The position numbers and the translations under genes were made by a program. Under the pieces are notes generated by a model that made no database searches, was not told the origin of the DNA, and saw only the letters and a list, made by a program, of their open reading frames with translations. Of a DNA stretch of 64,000 nucleotides, positions 54,660 through 62,916 are shown in pieces. Origin of the DNA: an uncultured bacterium. GTDB taxonomy: Bacteria; Acidobacteriota; Aminicenantia; Aminicenantales; CALLJL01. Position 1 is the stretch's first letter. Each line of letters starts with the position of its first letter. The stretch covers positions 1,522-65,521 of the forward strand of contig CALLJL010000015.1 of assembly GCA_938092135.1 (NCBI GenBank), in the 5' to 3' direction.

Positions 54660-55907
54660 GTGAAAGCCACCATCATTAATCTTTTTCAAAAAGTTGGCCG
54701 GGCTTCCTTAGCCATTGGCCTTCAAAACAGCCATTCAGGTAATATGGCTTGCCTTATATCGGCCAAAGACAAACCAGTTCAGCTGGTTATAACCAAGTCT
54801 GGAGCCCAGAAAGGCGATCTTGAACCCGAAGACATTCTTTTTATGGAAATGGCTAAGGAGAAAAAACCTGAAGCCTCATCTGAACTAATTGTTCATCGAG
54901 CTATTCTAAAACTTCCTGAGGCTCAAGCTTCTTTACATGCCCATGCCAAAAACGTGACATTGATGACACTGGCTTTTTCGGCGAAAAGAAAAAAGTCTCT
55001 TTCTTTTTCGCCTTTAGATCCTCTTGGAATTATTTATCTTACCTCGATTCCAATTATCAACGTAAAGAAGGCCTACGGTTCTTTAGAGTTGGCCCGAGAA
55101 GTCGCCTCAGGACTTAAGAATTATCCCGTAGTTGCTATCCGCGGTCATGGTTTGTTTGCTCGAGGAAGAACACTTCTCGAAGCTTTTTTTTATGCTGGGA
55201 TTGCTGATTTTTCGGCCCAAGTCTGGAAGTCCCTTAAAAGCCTCCGAATTCCAGAAGAGAAGATAGATGAGGAAAAAAGGAAAGGGATAAGAGAACTTTT
55301 TTTCCCTCCTTTCCCTTACTGTCTTAGCTGGGAGAGAAAAAGCTCTGTTTTTTTAAATAAGAATGAATTAAAAATAGTTGAAAAGACAAGAAATCGCCTC
55401 TTTTTGAGCCAGATTTCACCCTTCTTTACCGGTTCGCTTTCCTGGAAGAATAGAAAAAAAATTATTTATGCTTCGCCAGCTTCAACCCCTTTAGAGATTA
55501 AAGGGCCTTTAAAAGCCTTTGATTTATCTTCTTCTCCTGAGGATGAAGAATTTTTCTGTCATCGATTGATTTATGAACAAACACCAGCTCAAGCTATTAT
55601 CCGAGCCTTTATAGCTGAGGCTGAAGCTATAGCTTGGAATTTATCTTTTCTAAATGATCAGCTTAGCTATTTCAAGCCTTTGGATGTGGAAGGAAAAGTT
55701 CTGCATCCCCAAGTCCCAGTCTTTTTGCCCCCAATTGATACGGCAGTATTTTTAGAATTGTTAAAAAAACACCAACTAGTTATTGTTCGGGGCGGTGGTG
55801 TCTGGGCTATAAGTTCTCTTTCCCTTTCCAAGGCCTTACATCATCTTTCTTCGCTTAGGGATAGCTTGCATTATTTTCTGAGCTTAAAAGAATTGAATCT
55901 TATTTAA
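54660..55907 (+). CDS. Tandem class II aldolase/adducin-like protein (intact N-terminal domain plus degenerate C-terminal copy)
   Basis: 415 aa with a GTG start. The N-domain has HSGNMA, SSE, HAHAK (HxH zinc ligands) and AIRGHGLFARG. The C-domain repeats the pattern, but the corresponding positions read IRAF and VRGGGVWA (His ligands lost). Confidence 0.55.
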   Translation: MKATIINLFQKVGRASLAIGLQNSHSGNMACLISAKDKPVQLVITKSGAQKGDLEPEDILFMEMAKEKKPEASSELIVHRAILKLPEAQASLHAHAKNVTLMTLAFSAKRKKSLSFSPLDPLGIIYLTSIPIINVKKAYGSLELAREVASGLKNYPVVAIRGHGLFARGRTLLEAFFYAGIADFSAQVWKSLKSLRIPEEKIDEEKRKGIRELFFPPFPYCLSWERKSSVFLNKNELKIVEKTRNRLFLSQISPFFTGSLSWKNRKKIIYASPASTPLEIKGPLKAFDLSSSPEDEEFFCHRLIYEQTPAQAIIRAFIAEAEAIAWNLSFLNDQLSYFKPLDVEGKVLHPQVPVFLPPIDTAVFLELLKKHQLVIVRGGGVWAISSLSLSKALHHLSSLRDSLHYFLSLKELNLI

Positions 55908-55908
55908 A

Positions 55909-57246
55909 ATGCCTTTCCAAGAAAACCTTTTATCTAAAGCAGCTCTGGGCTTTATTGTCGCCGCCACCGGAGTTGGAGCTGGGGATCTTCTCACCGCCTC
56001 TCTAGCTGGTTCAGCGGTTGGTTTGGTTGTTCTTTGGGCAGCCTGGGCGGGATCTTTACTTAAATTCATTCTGAACGAAGGCATTGCCCGCTGGCAAATG
56101 GCCACTCAAAAATCTATCCTTGAAGGCTGGCTATTATATTTGCCTTCTCCTTTCTCCTGGTTATTTTTCCTTTATTTCTTACTCTGGTCCTTTTATGTTG
56201 GTGGCGCCTTGATTAATGCCTGTGGTGTTGCTGGCTTCGGCTTTTTTTCCTTTGGTCATCCCGGCAAGGCTCGAATTATCTGGGGTTGCCTTCATTCATT
56301 CTTAGGTCTCATTCTTGTCTGGGTAGGAAGATTTAACCTCTTTCAACGCTTGATGGCTTATCTTATTGCTTCTATGGTCATAACGGTTTTCCTCAGTGTA
56401 ATCCTGATTAGACCTGACTGGATATCAGTCCTGAAAGGTCTTTTCTGGCCAGCCTTCCCAAGGGCAGGTTCTAACTGGCTACTTGCGGTCATGGGTGGGG
56501 TAGGGGGGACAGTAACAATCATCTGTTATGGTTATTGGGCAAAGGAAAGAAGCAGACAAGGCCAGAAAGGATTGAAGGAATGTCGATTTGATCTTAGCCT
56601 TGGCTATGCCCTAACAGCCTTTTTTGGTATAGCCATGGTTATCATTGGCTCAAAAATAACGGTTAAAGGTAGGGGAGATGTGATTGCTTTGCAGCTGGCT
56701 GAAAAATTGGGTGAAGTTCTTGGCCCGGGTGGCAAAGGACTTTTTATCGCTGGCTTTTGGAGTGCCGTTTTTTCAAGCCTGCTTGGAGTCTGGCAAGGTG
56801 TTCCCTATATTTTTGCCGATTTTCTTCGCCTTAAGCGTCGGATTCGCCTTATCCGATTGAACGGCCAAAGGGAGGCCTTTGATTGTAAAGAATCCCTTCT
56901 GGAAAAGGAATGGTCTGGACAATTTTTCCAAGAAGAAAAATTCCCCCTTGATCAAAATCTGACTAAATCTTTAGCTTACCGAATATTTTTAATCGGACTA
57001 TCTATTTTGCCCTTAGCCTCCCTTTTATTTACTGTTCAAAAAATTCAGTTGATTTATGCTCTTCTTGGAGCCTTATTCATGCCTTTTCTTGCTCTAACCC
57101 TTCTGATCCTTAATAATCGAAAGGATTTAATGCCCAGGCCCTTCCGCAATGGCTGGGTAACCAATTTTTTTCTAATTATAAACCTTCTCTTTTTTAGTTA
57201 TGCTGGCTGGCTGGAAATAAAACCGCTTTTATTTTCGTTTTTCTGA
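55909..57246 (+). CDS. Nramp-like (APC-fold) membrane transporter, non-canonical metal-site motif
   Basis: 445 aa, about 11 TM segments. The N-terminal GFIVAATGVGAGDLLTASLAGSAVGLVVLW aligns with the Nramp TM1 region, but GAGD replaces DPGN. The start is 2 nt after the stop of the preceding gene. Confidence 0.45.
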   Translation: MPFQENLLSKAALGFIVAATGVGAGDLLTASLAGSAVGLVVLWAAWAGSLLKFILNEGIARWQMATQKSILEGWLLYLPSPFSWLFFLYFLLWSFYVGGALINACGVAGFGFFSFGHPGKARIIWGCLHSFLGLILVWVGRFNLFQRLMAYLIASMVITVFLSVILIRPDWISVLKGLFWPAFPRAGSNWLLAVMGGVGGTVTIICYGYWAKERSRQGQKGLKECRFDLSLGYALTAFFGIAMVIIGSKITVKGRGDVIALQLAEKLGEVLGPGGKGLFIAGFWSAVFSSLLGVWQGVPYIFADFLRLKRRIRLIRLNGQREAFDCKESLLEKEWSGQFFQEEKFPLDQNLTKSLAYRIFLIGLSILPLASLLFTVQKIQLIYALLGALFMPFLALTLLILNNRKDLMPRPFRNGWVTNFFLIINLLFFSYAGWLEIKPLLFSFF

Positions 57247-57370
57247 GCTCAGCGAATTAATTAATGTAAATTAAAAAAATTTAGAGAAAACTTAGCAAAT
57301 AGAGGAAGCAAAAAGGGTATTATTGGCCTGAAGAAAAATATCGTTTTCAAGAAAGTCTGGATTAACTTAA

Positions 57371-57400
57371 TTGACTTAAGACGTCTCTTTTAGCTAAAAT
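57371..57400 (+). promoter_or_regulatory. Putative sigma-70 promoter of the tRNA-CAU/tilS unit
   Basis: TTGACT (57371-76), 18 nt spacer, TAAAAT (57395-400). The tRNA 5' end is at 57413. Confidence 0.55.
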
Positions 57401-57412
57401 CATTTTGCTTAA

Positions 57413-57486
57413 GGCGGTGTAGCTCAGCTGGTTAGAGCATGCGGCTCATATCCGCAGAGTCGGGGGTTCGAATCCCTCCACCGCCA
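57413..57486 (+). tRNA. tRNA with CAU anticodon (elongator Met or lysidine-modified Ile2; not initiator-like)
   Basis: Manual cloverleaf fold. Acceptor GGCGGTG/CACCGCC with a G1-C72 pair, D arm GCTC/GAGC, and anticodon stem TGCGG/CCGCA with loop CT-CAT-AT (anticodon at 57447-57449). T arm GGGGG/CCCTC with loop TTCGAAT, discriminator A. No encoded CCA. It lacks the 1:72 mismatch and the 3xGC anticodon stem of initiator tRNA. Confidence 0.9.
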
Positions 57487-57494
57487 CATCCATC

Positions 57495-58901
57495 TTGAGA
57501 GGGTCAAGAAAAGCCATTAAAAAAAGTGACCTAACCCAAGATATCTTTGAGCGCTTTTATCAGGAAATCCGAAGAAAGAAGTTAATTGAGCCTGGGGATC
57601 ACCTTTTGCTTGCCTACTCGGGAGGTCCTGATTCAACTTGTCTTCTTTCCCTTCTTATTCGTTTAAAATCCAAAATTTCCTTTAATCTTTCTTTGGCTCA
57701 TCTCAATCATGGTCTAAGAGCCTCAGCCAGAGAGGACGAAGAATTTGTCTCGGCGATAGCTAAAGAGTATAACCTTCCTCTAATTATAAAAAGAGCTAAC
57801 GTTAAGGAATATGCCCGCAAGTATCATCTTAATTTGGAAGAGGCTGGTCGCGAACTTCGCTATAAGTTTCTCGAAGAAACTAGGAAAAGTTTGTTGGCGA
57901 ATAAAATCGCCACTGCCCATACGATGGATGATCAGGCCGAAACTTTCCTGCTTCGTTTAATCCGGGGCAGTGGGCCAAGGGGGCTAAGGGGAATTTTGCC
58001 TGAAATTGAAGGAAGGATTATCAGGCCTTTAATTTTTCTGCGGCGTCATGAAGTTGAGGCCTATCTTCGGGAACTCAAAATTCCTTTTCGGATCGATGAG
58101 AGCAATCTTGATCGTCGCTTTTTAAGAAATCGAATTAGATTTGAGCTTCTTCCTCTTCTTGAAAAAAAATTTAATCCTAGGATTGTGGCTAATCTTGCCC
58201 GCGTAGCAGATATTTTAAGAGAAGAAGAGGATTTTCTCAGTAAAATTGAAGAAGAGGCTTTGCCCAGATTTATAGAAAAAGTCGATGAAAGTTTCAGGCT
58301 TGAGGCTGAAGCGTTGGCTGAGCTTCATCCTGCCCTGGCTAGGCGACTCGTGAGGCGTTTTCTTATTATGCTCCGGGGAGACCTGAGGGAGATTAATTTT
58401 AAAGAAGTGGAGGCCATTCGACGTCTTGAACCAGGTCAAAAACTTCATTTGAGGCGAAAGATTAAACTTATTCGAATTGGTCCTTATATTATGGAAGAGA
58501 AAGGGTTAAGGTCTTTTCAGAATTATGAAATTATCTGGAATGGGCAAGAAATCGTCGAGATCCCTGGAATTGGCCTTAAATTTTCGGCTAGAAGAACAAA
58601 AATCAAACCTTTCCCTCCCTTTGATGATTCCTGTCGAGCCTGCCTGAGTTTAAATCGACTGAGTTTCCCTCTTACTATCCGACCGAGGCGGCCTGGCGAC
58701 AGCTATACGCCCGTTGGCTCAGTGAGGCCGAGAAAAATAAAAGATTTGATGAGTTCTCGCCATATTCCTGTTTATCTGAGGAAATTCTGGCCAGTCTTTG
58801 TTTCCAAAGGCGAAATTGTTTGGGTTCCAGGCTGCCCAATTAATGAATTTTTTAAAATCCAGGCGGAAGAAGAAGAGATATTTATAATCGAAAAGTTATA
58901 A
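57495..58901 (+). CDS. tilS: tRNA(Ile)-lysidine synthase
   Basis: 468 aa. PP-loop LLLAYSGGPDSTCLL. HLNHGLR, TAHTMDDQAETFLLRLIRGSG and RPLI motifs. Long-type C-terminal domain. The only canonical in-frame start is TTG 57495; the frame opens at 57423, inside the tRNA. Confidence 0.9.
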   Translation: MRGSRKAIKKSDLTQDIFERFYQEIRRKKLIEPGDHLLLAYSGGPDSTCLLSLLIRLKSKISFNLSLAHLNHGLRASAREDEEFVSAIAKEYNLPLIIKRANVKEYARKYHLNLEEAGRELRYKFLEETRKSLLANKIATAHTMDDQAETFLLRLIRGSGPRGLRGILPEIEGRIIRPLIFLRRHEVEAYLRELKIPFRIDESNLDRRFLRNRIRFELLPLLEKKFNPRIVANLARVADILREEEDFLSKIEEEALPRFIEKVDESFRLEAEALAELHPALARRLVRRFLIMLRGDLREINFKEVEAIRRLEPGQKLHLRRKIKLIRIGPYIMEEKGLRSFQNYEIIWNGQEIVEIPGIGLKFSARRTKIKPFPPFDDSCRACLSLNRLSFPLTIRPRRPGDSYTPVGSVRPRKIKDLMSSRHIPVYLRKFWPVFVSKGEIVWVPGCPINEFFKIQAEEEEIFIIEKL

Positions 58902-58907
58902 TTTTGA

Positions 58908-60809
58908 CTAAGCTTTTAAATATTTTTTCCGCCACAATTCGAAGACAAGAAGGGCCCAGAGCTGATGGCTATAGTTTTTTCGTCCAGAGAGGTGATCTTT
59001 AATTAACTTTGATACCACTTGGGGCGAAAATAAACCTTCTTTTTTTAATTTTACTTCGTTAAGCTCATCAAGCAGAAGGGATCGTAATTCTTTGCGGAGC
59101 CAGATCTTGATAGGAATGCTAAAACCCTCCTTTGGACGGTAAATGTTCTCCCTGGGCAAAAGTCTTTCCATCGTTTTTTTAAAAATCCATTTGGTTTGAA
59201 GGCCACGAATTTTCCACTCGCCAGGAAGGGAAAAAACAAATTCCACAAGACAATGATCAAGAAGGGGTTCTCGGGCTTCCAGGGAAGTGGCCATGCTCAT
59301 GCGGTCAACCTTAACCATGATATCATCAGGAAGATAGGTTCTAAGATCAAGATAAAGCTCTGCTGTTGTAGGATCAAAGTTTTTCATTTCTTTAAAAATT
59401 GAAACAAAGGGTTCTCTCAACCAGAAAGGTCCATAACTGTCAATCTGTTTTTTTAGATCATCGTTGAAAAGATCCTTTTTTTCTTTTTCTTTCCAGAAGA
59501 CCATCCAGCGAAAATGGTGAAGTTCAGGTGGATGGGTTAAGCCTAGGGTAAAACGTTGAAGTTTGTTCCAAAATCCCTTTTTCTTTTCAGAAGGAGGGAA
59601 AAAATTTAAAAAAGGCGATGCCAGTTTTCCTATTTCTCTTATTAAGCTTCGCTGCGCGATTTTCTGGGCCTGGTAATGTTCATAGCCACCAAAGAGTTCG
59701 TCACCCCCGTCTCCAGAAAGAGCAACTGTAACCCGAGATCGGGCCATAGATGAAACAAGATAAGTAGGAAAGATAGAGAAATCAGCCAAGGGTTCGTCGA
59801 GATGATAGATGAGCTTTTCAGTGAGTTCAAGCGCCTTTGGTTCCAGAATAAATTCTTCGTGTTGAGTTTGAAAACGGCTGGCCGCAATCCGGGCATAATC
59901 AAGCTCGTTGTAAGTTGATTCTTTAAAGCCGATGGAAAAGGTACGGAGAGGCTCAGCTCCGAGTTCTCTCATCAAACCAACTATGGTTGAGGAATCAATC
60001 CCGCCACTTAGGAAAGCTCCTAAGGGGACATCACTTATAAGACGAAGTTGGACCGACTCGCGGAGGAGTTCATAAAGTTTATCCATAGCCTGGGGCAGGG
60101 TGAGAGACTGATTTTTTTCTTTTAATTCAAAGGGATCAAGCTTCCAGTAGGACTTAAGGGTCAGGCGAGGTGATTCAAAAATCAAAAGATGAGCCGCTGG
60201 AACCTTCCGGATTCCTTTAAAGATTGAATAGGGAGCTGGGATATATTCGAGGGTTAAATAAAAATCAAGGGCCTCTGGATCCAATTCTCGGGGAACATCA
60301 GGATGGGCTAAAAGAGCTTTTATTTCGGAAGCAAAAACAAGAGTTCCCTCTCGAAGGATAATGTAATAAAGGGGTTTAACTCCTATTCTATCCCGGGCCA
60401 GAATAAGTCTTTTTTTATCACCATCCCAAAGCGAAAGGGCAAACATTCCTCTGAGCTTATTAACAAAATCAAGGCCCCATTCTTCATAACTATGAACGAT
60501 AACTTCTGTATCCGATTTTGTGCGAAAAACATGGCCTCGCTTTTCGAGCTCTGCCCTTATCTCTAAAAAATTATATATCTCGCCATTTTGGGCTACCCAG
60601 ATAGTGCCGGTTTCGTTGCTTAGGGGCTGATGGCCACTGACAACATCGATAATACTCAACCGACGTACAGCCATGCCTACTCCTGGCTGGGAGAAATATC
60701 CTTCATCATCGGGACCACGATGAATGAGCATTTGAGCCATTTTTTTTAAAAGGCTGATTTCAGGTTGCCCGGAGGCAGGAGAAAAGGCCAAGCCACAGAT
60801 GCCACACAT
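58908..60809 (-). CDS. asnB: Asparagine synthase (glutamine-hydrolysing) family amidotransferase
   Basis: 633 aa. N-terminal nucleophile MCGI(C)G, GATase-II domain (HRGPDD, NGEIYN). Synthetase-domain PP-motif FLSGGIDSS. It may amidate a glycan or lipid rather than make Asn (context). Confidence 0.85.
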   Translation of the reverse strand: MCGICGLAFSPASGQPEISLLKKMAQMLIHRGPDDEGYFSQPGVGMAVRRLSIIDVVSGHQPLSNETGTIWVAQNGEIYNFLEIRAELEKRGHVFRTKSDTEVIVHSYEEWGLDFVNKLRGMFALSLWDGDKKRLILARDRIGVKPLYYIILREGTLVFASEIKALLAHPDVPRELDPEALDFYLTLEYIPAPYSIFKGIRKVPAAHLLIFESPRLTLKSYWKLDPFELKEKNQSLTLPQAMDKLYELLRESVQLRLISDVPLGAFLSGGIDSSTIVGLMRELGAEPLRTFSIGFKESTYNELDYARIAASRFQTQHEEFILEPKALELTEKLIYHLDEPLADFSIFPTYLVSSMARSRVTVALSGDGGDELFGGYEHYQAQKIAQRSLIREIGKLASPFLNFFPPSEKKKGFWNKLQRFTLGLTHPPELHHFRWMVFWKEKEKKDLFNDDLKKQIDSYGPFWLREPFVSIFKEMKNFDPTTAELYLDLRTYLPDDIMVKVDRMSMATSLEAREPLLDHCLVEFVFSLPGEWKIRGLQTKWIFKKTMERLLPRENIYRPKEGFSIPIKIWLRKELRSLLLDELNEVKLKKEGLFSPQVVSKLIKDHLSGRKNYSHQLWALLVFELWRKKYLKA

Positions 60810-62611
60810 TATTGGGCCGGAATTAATTCGAGCTCAAAAAAGACGCCGAGAACGCGGCGTTCATCACTTTGCAGGTTTTCAAAATAGGGAATTGAACCTT
60901 TTGAGGCTTTAATTTTCAGCCGATAAAGATGGCTAGCTTTTATTTGGAAGCCTCGACCAACGGGAAAGCGCAGAGTTGTCCTCTGTTTCGATTGGAGGAT
61001 AGCCTTTTTCTTTTGCCCTTCAACCATGACTTTAATTTCATTGTTCATTCTAGGATTGTTGAGAAGATGAACCACAATTTCTTTTAAAGGAAAATAGGTT
61101 TTGAGAATCATTTCACAGGAAGCGGAACCTCTTGTCCAGATGCCCGTTGGTTCAAGTTTAGGCAGGAAATTATCATCAAGAAAATGGAGAAAGCCATGAT
61201 ATTCAGTGATGCCGGCGTCAACCCGAAAAGCCCTTGGATTAGTATTGGTGGGCAGATTATTGATCAAGGTCATTTCTACAGGAAGAGCTTTAAAGGGGAA
61301 ACGCTTGGCATGCGTCGCCGGCGAAGCCGATGAGCGGAAAGGGGATACAAGAATGGGTGAGATGAAAAAGGCGGCTACTATCCAGGTCAGCAAAAGATCT
61401 CTTCCTTTTTTTCGGGCCGGCGCTAAAAAGAAGAATAGAGGATAAATGTTGAGAAAATAGCGATTGGCCAGAGAGCCGCCTCCACCGCCATAATTATCAG
61501 GCATAAAAATAATATAAATTAAAATGCCGCCGATCGCTCCGAGGAGAAGAAGCCATTGCTCTATTTTTTTGGCGCTGAAAAAGAAAAGAATAAGGGCCAA
61601 GACAGCAGGGAAAAAATACCAGGTTATTCCTGTAAATCGGCCAAAGAAGTAATAAAAAAGATTAATGGGGACAAAGGTGAGGGGCAGGAAAAATTTCTCA
61701 AAATAACCTTCTGAGGTCATGGGATGGCCAACGCTGTCAAAGGTAATATTTGGTTTTTCTAGGGGGAAAGTTCCGATGAAGGTCTTCCTTTCTCCTCCCA
61801 TATAATTCCAATCGGAGGTAAGTAAGTAATTAGCCCCAAAGAAAAGAGCGACGGAAAAAATAAAAATTAAGGCCATAACCAAAGCCCGGCCAAAACGACG
61901 ATGAAAAAGTTGATAAAGGAGAAGCGGGGCGAGCAGAACGGCATTGGGCGGTTTAGAGAAAGTGGCAAAGCCTAAAAGAAGACTAGCCAAATAATCAGTT
62001 TTAGGGGAGCGCAGGAATTTTTCGAGAAGAGAAGAGGACGGTTCAGTCGCCTTTTTCTGGGGTTGGGTTTTATAGAGCCAAAGAAAGAGAATGAAGAAAA
62101 TCAAGGAGAGATTGAAGAAATCAGGAGAAATCCAGAAATAGTAAATGCAGGCTACAGAGGCAAAAAGGAAAGTAAGGGTAAAAGCCAATGAAAGATTAGA
62201 GGTGTTATTGTGCTGAAGAAAGCTGGTCCCAAGAAATAGGATAAGAAAAAGAAGAAAAGAATGGAAAACCAGAAAGCCATTGACTCCGAGATAGCGAACA
62301 AAGGGGGCGGCAAAGAGAGAGTAGGCAAAGGATTTGGCATAAAAGATTCGACCATCTTTACTTTTTTTAAGAAAAATTCCTTGGGGTCCGGCATCAAAAT
62401 AATAATAATAACGAGCCAAATCCTTGGTGGTATATTCTAGGTCACCATCAAGGGCAATGCTCTGGGTCATGGCAAAATAAACAGCCTGATCAGCACAGAG
62501 AAAACCATTGTGGATAGCAGGAAGATTGAGAAAGAGGGAGGCCAAGAAAAAAAAGATAAAAATTAAGAGGATAAAAATATTAGTTTTTTCAACCGCCAGA
62601 CTTTTCCACAC
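60809..62611 (-). CDS. Polytopic membrane protein, GT-C-fold (ArnT/PMT-like) glycosyltransferase candidate with C-terminal soluble domain
   Basis: 600 aa with a GTG start. About 10-12 TM helices, with an early acidic loop (ALDGDLEYTTKD) as in GT-C enzymes. The last ~150 aa are beta-rich and soluble. The stop overlaps the asnB ATG as TAATG. Confidence 0.45.
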   Translation of the reverse strand: MWKSLAVEKTNIFILLIFIFFFLASLFLNLPAIHNGFLCADQAVYFAMTQSIALDGDLEYTTKDLARYYYYFDAGPQGIFLKKSKDGRIFYAKSFAYSLFAAPFVRYLGVNGFLVFHSFLLFLILFLGTSFLQHNNTSNLSLAFTLTFLFASVACIYYFWISPDFFNLSLIFFILFLWLYKTQPQKKATEPSSSLLEKFLRSPKTDYLASLLLGFATFSKPPNAVLLAPLLLYQLFHRRFGRALVMALIFIFSVALFFGANYLLTSDWNYMGGERKTFIGTFPLEKPNITFDSVGHPMTSEGYFEKFFLPLTFVPINLFYYFFGRFTGITWYFFPAVLALILFFFSAKKIEQWLLLLGAIGGILIYIIFMPDNYGGGGGSLANRYFLNIYPLFFFLAPARKKGRDLLLTWIVAAFFISPILVSPFRSSASPATHAKRFPFKALPVEMTLINNLPTNTNPRAFRVDAGITEYHGFLHFLDDNFLPKLEPTGIWTRGSASCEMILKTYFPLKEIVVHLLNNPRMNNEIKVMVEGQKKKAILQSKQRTTLRFPVGRGFQIKASHLYRLKIKASKGSIPYFENLQSDERRVLGVFFELELIPAQ

Positions 62612-62916
62612 TTGGGCTATAACTCCAAGTATTCAATCCATTACCATAGCCAAAGCTAAAATTCAACGAGTTTAAGCCAAATTAATTAAGAAACAAACAG
62701 GTCTCCATTAATTGTTATAGAAGAGATTAAGAGTTTAGATACAGGCAACATTTTCTGGGGAGACTTGAGAAAGAAAAATTAGGAAATAAGCGTAGTGGAA
62801 CCATTTTTAGTACCATTTTTGGGTCTTTGAAACGAGAGAAAGGAAATAAAGTAAATAGGTAAGGCGGTACCATTTTAAGATTTGTTTTTTAAGGCCGATT
62901 TTGCTAACAAATAGGC

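Noticed and set aside
62890-62905. GGCCGATTTTGC upstream of the GT2 gene as a possible sigma-54 -24/-12 promoter.
   Set aside because: The distance between the GG and GC dinucleotides is 10 nt instead of the required 12, and the flanks do not match TGGCAC/TTGCW.
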